Assembly (NCBI RefSeq): GCF_006345805.1
Contig: NC_043015.1
Span: forward strand, 10,664,001-10,728,000
Source of the DNA: Octopus sinensis
Lineage: Eukaryota
Length of the DNA stretch: 64,000 bases
Direction of reading: 5' to 3'
Each line of letters begins with the position of its first letter. The first letter of the stretch is position 1. A program made the translations under genes and the position numbers. Positions 12,850-26,787 of this stretch are shown piece by piece. Under the pieces are notes generated by a model that was not told the DNA's origin, did not search any database, and saw only the letters and a list, made by a program, of their open reading frames with translations.

Positions 12850-13030
12850 ACTTACCATCTCGATTCACACCAACTCACAAGAGCCAGTTTGCCAGTTGCG
12901 TGGTGTATATATTCCTCACGTGGAGCGACGTGAAGTGAAATGTTTTGCATAATGTGTCACCCAGTCAAGGACTCGAAGCCAAAATCTTATGATCAGGAGT
13001 CCAGCTCACCACTAGTAAGCCATGTGCCTC
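12850..13030 (-). mobile_element. Decayed tRNA-derived SINE
   Basis: Reverse complement starts gaggcacatggcttactagtgg and has ttcgagtccttgactggg (B-box-like) followed by aaacatttcacttcacgt. Confidence 0.5.
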
Positions 13031-14043
13031 TGGTCATATTGAAACACCGTAGCCACATTTGAATTATTGAAACAAGTAAACGCATAAAGATGCATGCACT
13101 CGCTCACGCACATACGTATACTCTCCAACACAGAAGTGTGTTCCTCAGCGGTTCGATTTCATTTCTTTTGGTGACATTCTTTTCATTGCAAATGTTTCAT
13201 ATTTTGGGAAATCAATTTGCAGTTTCAATGCCTCTAGATTTTATTCTTTTATCAATAGCCATTTTACAATTGTGAGAAGATTGAAGAAGTATCAGTTGGA
13301 TTCTCCAACACTAAACGCAGCTTGGTTTCAATCATTTGATGATACACTGTATCAAAGAAGTTACGTTGTTTGAGATTAATAAACTCAGTTAAGTAATCTT
13401 CAAATCACGTCTGTGTGTGCAAATTCACATTGCTGGTCCACCAAGTTTTCTTTAATGATACTTGCCCTTCATTGCTCAGAGGAATGGATGATTTAGTAGT
13501 GTTTGGCAACCAATTTTGTAAGTAATGCATACCGTGTGAACAACATGAAAGACAAATGAGAAGTAACTGAGGAACTAGTATTAGTTCAACTTTCATTTAT
13601 TTATATAGACGCACTTTAAGCAAAACTACTTGATTTCAACTTGGTTTATCTACTTACTAGAAATAGAATCATCTTCTCCTCCATAACATACATTATCGTC
13701 ATAAAAATTCGAACGCCACATCACATGCCAATCATATATAAGTCCCAAAATGTGACATGGATGTGAAAACATAGTCTATCAGATTATTTTAGGATCAGGT
13801 AGACGGTGATCGATTATCAAATAGAAGAACTAGACAGCTAGATTATTAAACCCGCATTATGACTATGATGCAGCTATGTATCGTAGAAATTTCTTTGAAA
13901 TTTGCATCCTGAATTTTGCCCAGCGATCCATTGATGAGCACTGCCCTCAAATGCATTTTGTTCGAGTTAATATCAAATATATACAGATAGATAATGTATG
14001 CAAGTAATCCACTTCTTGCACATCTGATATATAGAGGCTCCCG

Positions 14044-14091
<48 letters not shown>

Positions 14092-14164
14092 ATATATATA
14101 TATAGATAATATATAAATATATTATATATATATATATATAATATATATATGTAATATAAATATG

Positions 14165-14269
<105 letters not shown>

Positions 14270-14376
14270 TGATTGATTGATTGATTGATTCTAGTTTCCA
14301 GCTTATGAGCTGTGGCCATTCTGGGGCACCGCCATTTGGTGTTGCTACTTGGTTTCACTTGATACTTGATATTACG

Positions 14377-14415
<39 letters not shown>

Positions 14416-14417
14416 AG

Positions 14418-14448
<31 letters not shown>

Positions 14449-15752
14449 GATATATATATATAGAGAGAGAGAAACGGTGACACGTCAATACCTTTACACG
14501 TAAATACTATTAAAGACAATATATGCAGCATGAACACTTCATTGATTTACCAAAGATTAAGTAACTGGAGACCCTAAATCCTGTTACTACACGAAACGAA
14601 TATACTGCCTGTACAAATGATATACAAGTGTGGTAAGATGATCAAGTAAGTAATTTTAACAAATTCGATAGCATGTATAAAACACAATAGACTCTTCTCC
14701 AAAATAAGATTAAACAGGTTGTTTCTAAACAGTATTGACAATTACAACATTACGACATGACACCAGGGGAGATTTTACAAAGAGAAAACGACAGAATTCA
14801 AACTGTAAACCAATTCATTTACACAGTTGTTGTCGTAATATCAATTCAATACGGATGCACTCTTGATAGATCAAAGAAACAATCACACAAACGCGAAAGA
14901 TCAATATGGAAATAACAGGACGAAACGAATGAGAGATAGAACAAGGAAAGATCTAACAATACTGAGTGACGTAAAGTGAAATATTAAAATGATGGAAAAA
15001 CAAAATTATTTCACATCAAGGGAATTGTGGATTCTCAGAAAAATATGAAGATCGAGATTAAGAACAACCAATAGCAAAGAGACAACGGAGGACGCTGTTT
15101 TAGAGAGACTGGAATACTTCTTTTTATATTCTGCAATATTTGTAGAAAACTTTAGAAAATTGTATGGAAGATTAAATAAGAAAACCTGAGATAACAGAAC
15201 TAACAAAAATACTGGGAGAAATGCGTAGTAAAAGTTTTACTATAGATATAATATCAAATTGTATAAGAGTGACTCAAACAAAGCAGAATATAACAGAGAT
15301 AAACTGAACGAGCAGCTAATATCTATCATGAAATTGAACTTCGTATGAAATAAAGAGACATACCATCTATTTCAATACTTATAACACATGGGGTTATACA
15401 ATGGCACTTTTCCACTGCCATCACATATCTTCTTCTAACAAAGATGGGAAAACTTCAGATTACTCATAAATAAAAGCTAATGTTTCTGGCAGGCAATTAT
15501 AATGAGTTTGTCCACAAAGACGGAAGTTGGTTATTCCCCTTAAGCTTGAACAAACCATCGCAGTGTCACTAGTAGAAGAGAGTATCAGAAAAGCCATGGG
15601 AAAGCTGGGTAATTCTAACACCCATCCAAACAAGAAATCTCATATTATATCGAAGAACTAATCTTTTGCAGAGATATATGGAGGATTTGCAGATTTTTGT
15701 TTTTTAAACCAAACCACGCGTCGGTATATATCATCACTCAGAGTTTTACAAA

Positions 15753-16492
15753 ATGAAAACAGACCAGCTATGTGTAAGAATCTCGAGGGAAAAGTTAGGC
15801 ATAAGAGGCATCAGAATTGGTGTGCAACAGAGACGACTGCGCGAGTATGGTCATGTGATGCCTATGGACGAGGACAACTGTGTAAAGAAATGCCGATCTC
15901 CAACAATGGAAGGAACCTGTGGCACAGGTATACCCGGAAAGACATGGGATGAAATGGTGAAGCATGATCTTCGAAATGTGAGCCTCACAATGACAATGAT
16001 TAGTGATCAAGACTTTTGTGGGATATGCTGTACTTGAGAAGACCTGACAAACTAAGTGAAATTGTATTCATAGCCGATGTTGGTGTCACGTAACTGGAAC
16101 CTGTGCTGGTGGCATGTAAAGAGCACCTTTCGAATGTTGGGCTTCATGGATGCAAAGTGGCCGAGTTTATTTCGAGCGTTGGGCCTCAAGGAAGTAATAA
16201 CCGAGACATTTGGCATAACGTCGTGTTTGAGAAAATCGCTCAGGCCAAGCAAACTCGCAAACGTGGAAGATACTAGTGTTATGTAAATGACACCCATGCC
16301 GGTGGTACATAAATGCACCCATTATACTCTCGGAGTTGTTGGCGTTAAGAAGGGCATCCAGTCACAGAAAGCCATGCCAAATCAGAGTGGAGTCTGGTGC
16401 AGCCCTCGAGCTTGCCAGCCCCGGTCAAACTGTCCAACCTATGCCAGCGTGGACAATGGAAGTTAAATGATAATGATGATGATTATAATGAT
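15753..16492 (+). mobile_element. RTE-type LINE 3' end (C-terminal ORF fragment, 3' UTR, (GAT)n tail)
   Basis: RRLREYGHVMPMDEDNCVKKC...G.PGKTWDEMVKHDL; UTR with gttggcgttaagaagggcatccag; ends in gataatgatgatgat. Confidence 0.8.
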
Positions 16493-16522
16493 ATATATAT
16501 ATAGTCAACAACAATATATATA

Positions 16523-16568
<46 letters not shown>

Positions 16569-17069
16569 CATTACTTTTTTCTTGGAATTAATTTACATTT
16601 AGGACATTTTAAGAATTTATCATAAATATATATTAATATAGAACGGAGATCGCAATTTGATACATTTGTTGTAGAGTTAAATCGTAATAAATATTCTGTT
16701 TCTGAGAAAGACAAGGAAAAACTACAAGGATGTACCTTAAATAAATTTAAAAGAAATGAACAAAGTAAATGAAAGAAACTTGTCAACGAATATCCTACAG
16801 AGATAAATGAAAAATGAAGGTCATCATAGAAAATGGAAATAAGAACGTGAACTATGGCAACAGTTTCAAGAACAACTTCAACAGAAACAAGAAAAACAAG
16901 CAATGGTGATGAAAAGTGTGCGTGTATACTTCTACAAACATACATACATAATACACACACATCCACACACACACACACAACGCACGCACACACACACACA
17001 CACACCCGTATATATATATATATATATATAATATATATATATATATAATATATATATACATGCACAGGT

Positions 17070-17430
17070 TGGCGTCGATGTTTGATGAGATTGAAAAGCT
17101 TGTTTTCGATGCCAGACATATAATGGTGCAGCTAATATAGCAGGTAAATATCTTGCTTTTTCAATCAGAAAAAAACGAAGATTCAGCCTCTGGCCCATGA
17201 CGTGCACTACAGAGCTCATATTACTCAAGTTATTGTAGCTAAGTCCATTCAAAAATCTTAATTTATCGAAAATGCTCTTGATTCCGCGAATGAATTGGGG
17301 AAACTATATAGTAGATCGGGGAAATTTAAGCTCATGTGTTTATCACAAAATGATGAAGAAAATAAAGTATCGTCACCACGCTCTTTAAATCTTGTATGCC
17401 CTACTCAAAGGCTAACATGACTTCTACAGT
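17070..17430 (+). mobile_element. Decayed hAT-type transposase fragment
   Basis: Frameshifted RCQTYNGAANIAG...VHYRAH...CPT resembles the hAT Q.YDGA.NM.G / VHC.AH / CPTRW motifs. Confidence 0.6.
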
Positions 17431-18519
17431 CAAAGCCCTTCTTGAAGATTATTCAGATGCCGTCATTTGCTTATATTGAATTTGGCACCAACATTGCATT
17501 ATGTTAGGAAAATAACAATCTGGAAAATATAGCCGTTACATCGTGACAGAAAGGATTCTGCACTTTTAATTGTACATTATGTAGATTATGTAAGTGGAAC
17601 AGTAATACGCAGTATATTTTTAAAGTACGACATATATAGATGCAGCACGGACTTTTGGCAGTGAACAGGTCGTAGTTTCAAAGCGACGAAAATATTTTGG
17701 CAAATTAAATTTATATGTTGAAGTGAATCAAACGGTTTTTGTGTGTTTCTTAAATGGATTATAAACACCTCTTCACGCTGCAATTGGTTATATAATACTT
17801 TGTTCTTACCAAAATTCAAAAGTAAAAAGAGGTTATTATTTGTTTGTTAGACGCTAAGACAATTTGTCTAAGTATGTATGACCTAGATACAGTAAAATGT
17901 GCATACATAAAGAAATAGTAACAGGCACATTTGACCAAGGCTAGATGTGATCTCAGAACGCAAAATGCCTACTAAAATATATATTATGTGTACATTAGGT
18001 TAGTTATGACTATTGGCATCGGTACGACAAAAAATAATCTATTACGGGCAAATAGTTTCGCTGCATCAGTAAGGATATAGCGACTAACACTTCGCAATTG
18101 AAAAAGCATATAGACTTGTTCTCTCTAATAGTGCTTTTCTATCGCCACTGACGTCGTCTATCTCATCTGTCATGTCTTTATACGCTAACCACTGCTACTA
18201 CCATCAATAACACCAAAGCTAACACCAACACCACTGTTTACATATCTGCCAAATGAGGAGAAAGTTAAGTGAATTAAAAGAGTCTGAGTATGAAAAAATA
18301 GGAAAATGTATGGCTCTTCTTTTATTGACCGTATGATTACACTTCTTCCTATATTTTGGACCTTATTTCGCTGACAAAAAATGTAATAGAATATACGATA
18401 TTTATTACTTTATACGATAAATAAGGGGGTTGGAAATATTTATTCGTTAGCATTTAAGGAAAATCGGTGTTGTGTTATAGCTGCTGTTATAGTTATCAGC
18501 ATCACCACAACTATCACCG

Positions 18520-18537
18520 CCAGCGTCATTATCGTCG

Positions 18538-18569
<32 letters not shown>

Positions 18570-18647
18570 GGTAGTAGTAGTAGTAGTAGTAGTAGAAGTA
18601 GTAGTAGTAGTAGTTGTAGCAGCTGCAGCGGCAGCAGCAGCAGCATC

Positions 18648-18708
<61 letters not shown>

Positions 18709-18720
18709 TAGTAGTAGTAG
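18520..18720. repeat. Compound (CAT)/(GTA)/(GCA) microsatellite
   Basis: Directly visible. Confidence 0.95.
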
Positions 18721-19040
18721 TCCTGTGGTATTTGTTGCTCTTGTTCAAATGGAAAATTTTTTACAGAGCATTCTGCTTTCATGTTCTTTCTCTCACTTTC
18801 ATTTCTGCTTTTTATATTCACTTCATTGTATGTGCGTGCACTCGTGTGACTGAGTGTTTGTGTGCTCGAATACATCTACGAATGTATGAATGTGTATGTA
18901 TGTAGCCATATAAGCGTCTTAGATTATGCATATACTTTTGCAGACAGCCCCCCCACACACACACACATGTGGAGACATATATATGTATACATAGATACAT
19001 ACTGATATGCACACATATATATATACTTATATATATATAA

Positions 19041-19073
<33 letters not shown>

Positions 19074-19132
19074 TTTTATATGTATATTATATATACATAC
19101 ATATATATATATATAATATACATATAATATAC

Positions 19133-19184
<52 letters not shown>

Positions 19185-19186
19185 GC

Positions 19187-19232
<46 letters not shown>

Positions 19233-19295
19233 TGTAGAATCTCTTGGCAATATACTACAATATGATTGTATATTAGACCAGAGAATTTTGCGCGC

Positions 19296-19308
19296 GTTAC
19301 CTAGCAAC
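19296..19308. promoter_or_regulatory. RFX X-box-like motif
   Basis: GTTACCTAGCAAC fits the GTNRCC-N(0-3)-RGYAAC consensus; preceded by GCGCGC in non-repetitive sequence. Confidence 0.4.
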
Positions 19309-20554
19309 AAATAACAATACGTGTGTGATAAATCGATTGGAACAAGAAAAATATTATGCCACCATTTTTCTGTTGGTTAAAACTGAGAAAGTACCGCAGT
19401 AAGGCCAACAGAATGCTGGAGACAAGGGGTGAAAGGGTAAAACGAAACACATGAACTGTAAATATTCGGAAAGTAATCGGGAACTGAACAAACCGCTTCT
19501 TAATTTGTTATTAGCTAAATATTTTGGCAGGAATTTCCGTGCCATTTATCTTTTTGTGAATGAGCTGCTATCATTTCCAAGGCCAATATTGCAGGCGTTT
19601 TGGCAGTATACTGATCATAAACATCGATACCCAACGATTTTGGCTAAGCAACAGAACGACAGAATTAGTCCCTGGGGAATCGAGCTGTAAGGAAATTACT
19701 ATCATAGCCAGACAGACAAGTGACATATGGCTGTGGCGATGTCTTGTCAATAAAGTGAGACTTAACTAATTTGTATATCTGTCAGACAGTAAATGGTAAA
19801 TCAAGTTTTGTTGGCGGGAAAACTGTGTTAAAATATGAAGGACGTACTGTTTGTTTTAGTGGTATGATCGAAATATTTATTCGATTTAACAAAAAATAAA
19901 ATAAGATGATAAAAGCATTTTCTGGTTATTTCTCCGGTGTGAGGTTTCTTACAATCTTTGGTGAAACACAACGATAATTGACAGCTAAATTGAATAAGCT
20001 TGTTAGATGAAATTGTTCTGTTTAGAATCACAACGAATCGCGTTCATTAGTCACTGAAATAAAGTCATTTGAAAACTCAGTTTCTAATATTATTTAGTCA
20101 TGCGTTTGGTCTATTTAATGAACAACATATTATCTCTCAGTTTATCGCTCACTCTTTGCTTCACTCACATATGTATATACACACTTTTACCCAAACACGT
20201 ACACACACAAAGATACAGAAAGAAGCACAGGCACGTGCACATACATTAGCATTTCGCTAAATCAGCGATAAATTTATGATGACAGAGTTTTAGCTGAAGA
20301 ATTTGTTTTAGCTGAAGAATGTGGACAGACACAGATGACAGGTCTGCAGTTAAAAGACGAAATTAGTGCAGTGGTTTTCATCTTTCTTCAGTCAGTGATT
20401 GTGTGTGTGTGTGTTTGTGTGTGTGTAGGCGTGTATGGAGCCGTAAATGTTTTAACTCTTATTTCTATGTTATGCGATTTGTGTTTCTGTGGGGTGCGTT
20501 TGTGTGCATATGTATTTATATATGTATATGTATATATACGTATGTATCAGGACG

Positions 20555-20735
20555 TCATGATAGATCGTTAGCTCCCACACGCATTTTTTCTCTCCTTGTT
20601 TTTTTTCTGTGTATCTTTCTGTCGAAGGGCGTAGGCTCGAAACGTAAAAGACTTTTTCTATTCCTGAGCGCTATACTAATACATTTGTTTGTTTGTACTC
20701 CACCTGCCTTCGTCTTTTGTTTATTTTCGTAAACT
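20555..20735 (+). repeat. Short interspersed module with a hammerhead-like motif (paralog at 45050-45235)
   Basis: Near-identical gcgtaggctcgaaacgtaaaagactttttctattcctgagcg core in both copies. Confidence 0.85.
20614..20651 (+). ncRNA. Minimal type I hammerhead-like motif (A6U variant)
   Basis: TCTTT-CTGTCGA-A-GGGC(GTAG)GCTC-GAAA-CG-TA-AAAGA: 5-bp stem I, stem II, ACGT palindromic stem III, GUA site. Confidence 0.55.
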
Positions 20736-21096
20736 TTCCTGTTATATACGTATGTATATAGTGTTGATAAATGAATATAACCACGATATTCTTGTGATGG
20801 GCAAGATTTTTACCAGTATTAATTAATAAATTATGCAACTGTACTGTTTAATTTATATCATATATGTTAATAAAGGCATGTAAAATAATTTATCTATTAA
20901 TTGTACACTAAAATAACTTGTTCTCCTATGATCGTCCTTATATGGACATCAGCTGGTGGAATACTTTCATCTATGCAGATTATATAATCATATTTGAAGG
21001 TCTTATGTCCTCTCACGCAGACCGTGCGTATACATGTGCTTATTATGCATGTATATATGTATGTATCTTGTATCTGTATGTATATATCTATATATA

Positions 21097-21142
<46 letters not shown>

Positions 21143-21149
21143 ATATATA

Positions 21150-21187
<38 letters not shown>

Positions 21188-23385
21188 ATTGATTGATTCT
21201 AGTTTCAGCTCACGAGCTTTGGCCATGCTGGGGCACCCCATATATATATTATATATACTTATATAAATGATTATATCCACACGGGCAGAAATACATACAA
21301 ACATACACAGAACAGAAATACATACATACATACATGAATATATACATACATACAAATTTGCACACATACATACTTATATACATACACCTATCCGTACCAA
21401 CCTAATTCATCTAAGCGAAATATTTAATGGGCGATTGTTCATCTTTCCAACCATATTTAACCTACCGCACCTAGCACTAAACTGCCAACTGGCTCTAAGT
21501 AGCACATGCCCATTAGGAATCGGCACCCTTCTCTTATATAACATAGATAACCGCCTACGAAAGACAGTTAAACGTACAGGCTTGTCAATACATTGTCTGG
21601 TTTAAAAAGCCAAATCCGATGCTGGATCTAAGTTGTAAGTACAAGAGTTGTATCAAGAACCAAATGTCGGACAGAGTTTCAAATCCGGGATAATTTGTCT
21701 ATGTAGAACAAATATAGACTGAGCTACATGGATCCCAGGCAGACAGAATTTCGCTTTTATTATAATAGATATATAGACACATTTCTATATCAAATTTAAT
21801 GTTAATATGCTGTAATAGACTGCAGTGTTCTTCCTGAGATAATATCTCTATATTCATATGTTGTTATTAAAAATCCAGAATATATCAAACCTAGAGGGAA
21901 TTCGACGTATCAGTTCATAGAGTGATTGTTTTATACATTTTTGCCTCAGTTATCTCTGTGCAACATACTCCCATCCAAAAGCATGATGATAAGGAATCTG
22001 GTGGCACTAATATAAGTAAACAGTAAATAAACAGTCACTGATGTTGCGAATAGCCATGCGGTTGAATAAAATTATGTTATGTGCAATAATATTATTATTA
22101 AATTAATAAATACATTTATTTATCATAACCGGCAGATTATCAGCAGCATCTCTCTTCAGACTAAATATTACATGGAACAGTTGTGTTTTAAAATACAAAC
22201 TCTACGGACGTAACTCAACGAGCCTGATATACAGCAAACATTTTAACTACACGCTACTAGGATGGTTTTCGACAGTCTCCAGTACATGTTGTGTTCTGAA
22301 ACTCTTAAACACAGGCCAAGATTTATATAGTAAATTGTTATATATGAATATAGGCTGTGAAATTGTAATTAATCTAAACGAAACATTTCAAGAGAGAACA
22401 CAATGTCAACAGACCAACGGTATTGTGATTTATGGCTTTCTGAAGAATAGATTTTACATTTGCAATTTAGAAAGTAAACGGAATATGTACATATTCCATG
22501 GCATATTTAACAAAGTAACGTGTACAATATTCAACTTTGAGTTTGTGGGGATTCTGTCATCGTTACTTAAATAGATACGATATAACGGATTGTAGCATAA
22601 AGAGATACGGAAATGTTTCGCGTATTAGACGAAACGACTAAAGTAAATATACTAATTTAAATATGCCTGTCAATTTCTCAGTGCACACCTATTTCAAATT
22701 CATTAGTGGAGAGTCAATTTACTTAGTAATTTGTTTCCGTGTGAATAGTGTCCCGATAACTTTAACTAAGAGGGGTTTTATTAAAGGGCATGAGACGAAT
22801 CTCGTCTCAGGTGTTGACTGTGATTCATGGTAATTTTGCATAAATTTCTGGTTGCAAGTTCAACGATTATATTAAATGGGTTTGTTCTCCCTCCTTAAAA
22901 TGTTACATGTATGTGTGTGTGTGCGCGTGCGTGTGATGTGATATATTTATGCATAAATATATATTATACATGTATGCATAAATTATATATATGCATACAT
23001 AGGTACCATATATATATATATATATATGTGTACATGCACACATATTATATATATATATATATATATATAGATAGATAGATAGAAAGATAGATAAAACTTA
23101 CTTTCGGAACTTGGAGTAGACGAAACAGGAACAACTGAAGAAGGGGAATATTCGTTGTGCTGTATGTCTTGTACTGCTTTTTCGTAGTTTGAAAATAAGT
23201 TCGTTTTCATGTTCTTGTTTCTATATTTTCGTTTTGCATTGTGTTCAACTTGTTTTGATGTCCTGTACGAATATACGCATTTATATATACATGTAGATGT
23301 AGGTATGTTACATATATGTATGTATATATGCATATATTTACATAATATATATATATCATATATATATATATATTATATATATATC

Positions 23386-23417
<32 letters not shown>

Positions 23418-23445
23418 GTATATATATAATATATATATATATACA

Positions 23446-23698
23446 TAAAATATTATTAGAGACAAAACCAGTATTTGCCAAAACCAACAAGGAAAGACTT
23501 AATCAATACATAAAATTTTAATAAATAGTCAATTAAATAGACTATATATAAAATGTTATGTATTGATTAAGTCTTTCCTTGTTTGTTTTGCAAAATAGTG
23601 GTTTTGTCTCTAATAATATTTTATAATATTTTACTATAAAATTGGATTAATCCTAAATCTGATTTTTCCTGTAAATTTGGATTTATTCCCTAATATTT
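23446..23698. repeat. Foldback copy of the 47872-48020 repeat family
   Basis: ~70-bp inverted arms at 23446-23515 and 23555-23622; 23625-23698 is the reverse complement of 47872-47950. Confidence 0.85.
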
Positions 23699-24410
23699 AT
23701 TATTTTATATATATACATATATATATAATATATTATTATATATTATATATATATATATAATAAACATATATATATAATATATATAACTTCAGTAAAATTT
23801 AGGTTTAGATATATATACACTTATGTATACATATTGTATTATATATGTATATACATTTTATATAATATTTACGTATATAATATATATAGTATATGATATT
23901 ATATATATATATATATATATACATACACACATACACACACACACACACACAAACACACATATATATATATATATATATTTATTAATATTATATCTATAAT
24001 ATATCTATATATACATATTATACATATATTGTACATATATATATATGCAAGTTACACAGTATAAACATGGACATGTTCCGAAACACACACGATCACACGC
24101 ACACAATGTTTGAAAGAAAAGCGGTAACAGTACATTTTGTATTCTAAATATAACTCAAAGATGAGAAAATGAAAAAAAGGAGGAGAAATGAAAATCGAAA
24201 AGAATGTTTTCTTCTTCTAAACAAGACTCCCCCAAAAGATCTGTTTTATATTAATGATCAAGTAATTTGTACATTCACAAAATTTTATTTGACATTTTCG
24301 AGAAACCAATGAACACTCTAATAATAATGAAGGGATCCTTTTTTTATTTTCAAAAATTCTGACGACCTCTTTTCTCAATATTCAATTTCTGAACACCACA
24401 CCTAACACTC

Positions 24411-24457
<47 letters not shown>

Positions 24458-24469
24458 CACACACACACA

Positions 24470-24800
24470 AAGTGAAATCAATGCAGCCAACAATGAAACA
24501 CGCCAGTTATAATGCGATGGTTTGGGGAGCAATTTGGAGCACTTGCTGATCGGAGCTGGTGGACTGTGAGGGAATCATTAACTCAGATAAATATGTGTGC
24601 ATATTCCAGAAAGGATTCCTTCCAATCTTCTCCACTAGTGAAACGATTAAAGAAGACTCTTTATTTAGGGAATATGGGGCTCCTTCGCACAGGGCTAAAA
24701 TAACTCAAGATTTGTTGGATGAGAGTGTCGTTAAAAAGCTTCCATAGACAAACCAGTTACCAGATATGAAACCTATTGAACACTTGTAGGACACAAAGGA
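24470..24800 (+). mobile_element. Decayed Tc1-like transposase (DDE domain fragment)
   Basis: QPTMKH...MVWGAI...EGIINSDKY...GAPSHRAK...LP*TNQLPDMKPIEHL* matches Tc1 MVWG / DGAP.H / WP.QSPDLNPIE.LW motifs. Confidence 0.75.
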
Positions 24801-25139
24801 CAGTATTTCATGAATACTTTTAGGAAATAAAGGACAGTATTTTATAAAAGGAACTACAAAGCATCTTCAAAGCCAGATCTTTTGAGATTACTGCATATTC
24901 CTTATCTAATCAGTAACATGCCTAATAAGGTTCTTGCATTGTTATACTGTTATACTGTTGTAATGTTATAATGTGACTATTCAATATTTAGTTAACATAT
25001 TTAGTTAGCATGTTCACATTATAAATATTCACATTATAACAATTAATAAATAATTTGAAGATATAATTTCAGATTTAAATCATTTTTAATGTCTATTTAC
25101 TTCCGTCATGCCTGCGTGTATGCATATATCTGAGTCTTT

Positions 25140-25295
25140 CTGTTTGTCTCCCAATTAATAACCGGTGTTGATGTGTAATCTGGCGGTTCGGCAAAAGAGT
25201 CCGATAAAATAGGTACTAGGCTTGAAAAAGTAAGTCCTGGTGTCGATGTGTTTGACCCAAACGCTCCAGCATCGCCGCAGTCAAATGCGACAGTG
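25140..25295 (+). mobile_element. 3' module of the composite SINE
   Basis: gcggttcggcaaaagag.ccgata...aagtcctggtgtcgat...gctccagcatcgccgcagtcaaatg. Confidence 0.7.
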
Positions 25296-25374
25296 AAAAT
25301 GTTGCCCAATCACAAACATGGCCGTCATTTGTTGACGTCTGCGCAAATCGTATTTATTTCAACATAATATGTTA

Positions 25375-25603
25375 TTTATTTATTGCCCACAAGGGGCCAA
25401 ACATAGAACAGACAAACAAGGACAGACAAACGGACCAAGTCGATTCCATCGAGCGCAGTGCATAACTGGTACTTAATTTATCGACCCCGATAGGATGAAA
25501 GGCAAAGTCGACCTCGGCGGAATTTGAACTCAGAACGTAACGTCAGACGAAATACGGCTACGCATTTCGCCCGGCGCGCTAACGTGTCTGCCAGCTCGCC
25601 GCC
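25375..25603 (-). mobile_element. Well-preserved tRNA-derived SINE
   Basis: Reverse complement GGCGGCGAGCTGGCAGAC...GAGTTCAAATTCCGCC...CCTTTCATCCTATCGGGGTCGATAAATTAAGTACCAG...; A/B-box-like motifs intact. Confidence 0.88.
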
Positions 25604-26787
25604 TAACAAAATATGTGCCGATAAGTGTTGCTAAGAGTCAGTCGGAAAACAAATGGTTTTTAACACATATACATTTATCTATTGAGAAGGTTGATTTGCC
25701 TAATGATGTGGGACGCGGCATATGCGTGCATGTGTGTGTGCACGTATGTATATACATACACTCACACATACACTCACAGGTACATATAAAAGGGAGGATA
25801 TGAATTTTGGCACGCCTTTATTTATCTGTAAGATACGTTTCTATATTTGGTGATTAATAATCATATCACACCATAAATGAAATTATTACAAGCAATTTAT
25901 GAATACAGTTCACATAATCGAACCGATCAGGTTTTTGGACAATGTCCCATTACTTCTTTCAATCACTATTTATATGCTTTTTGTATTACCATTTAGGCTA
26001 TTTCCGATTTCATAGAGCCTTATGTGTTCGTGTAACAGTCTGACGTGGTTTTAATAACGGCTGCTATCTGAACAGGAAACGTGCAGCCCACTGAACGCAG
26101 TCATTTCTATATATACGAGAGTATGAGTGTGTGTCTGTGTGTTGCCATATACGCAAGTACGCACACATACGAACACACATGCAGATATATGTGTGTACTC
26201 GCTTTTAATTAGTGGCTTTTAACAAGTGTATTCTTTAACATAACAAAAACTTATGAGCTGTGTGTGTGTGTTTCACATAGGTTTGTGCCATGCGAGACAT
26301 AAAATCACATTTTTAAACGCTGTTAATTGTTTGTAAAACGGTATGCACTGTGTAATCTTGTATATGGTGTATTCAAACTCAGTGTAAGCAAAAATGTTGA
26401 CGCACAATAATTATATAATTCATGTCAACTTTCAGCAATAAATATATAAGAGCCGGGTTTTTCAATTATAATTTTTGAAAATTCTTCTTTCATCTTGTTT
26501 TGAATTCAAACATTCCTAGAGAGATTTTATTTCCTAATTGCTTTTTATAACAGTTTACCAACATACTGAACGTCATGTTGACACAAACGCATGGGTTATC
26601 AACCCGCTGTATACGATTGTCAGAAAGACACACTACAGTAAATTAGATATAGAATAAATCTAATATGTAATATCTAATACAAATCTAGAGTGGCTGGAAT
26701 GCCTCATTCCAGTCTGGAATTTAGCACCTAAAATATTTCTGACCTTAAAAAATTTTGAGGGCATAAGTCTTGAGCAAATCCGTCTAC

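Noticed and set aside
13259-13519. Acceptor- and donor-flanked plus-strand segment
   Set aside because: All three frames contain stops between the sites.
14500-15700. Possible old LINE fragment
   Set aside because: A-rich, coding-like composition, but no diagnostic motif could be recovered.
23120-23160. CTGAAGA in a TA-embedded module as a hammerhead
   Set aside because: No closing stem II and no downstream GAAA/NUH.
25375-25603. tRNA gene
   Set aside because: A/B boxes are present, but there is no cloverleaf and it continues into the SINE body.
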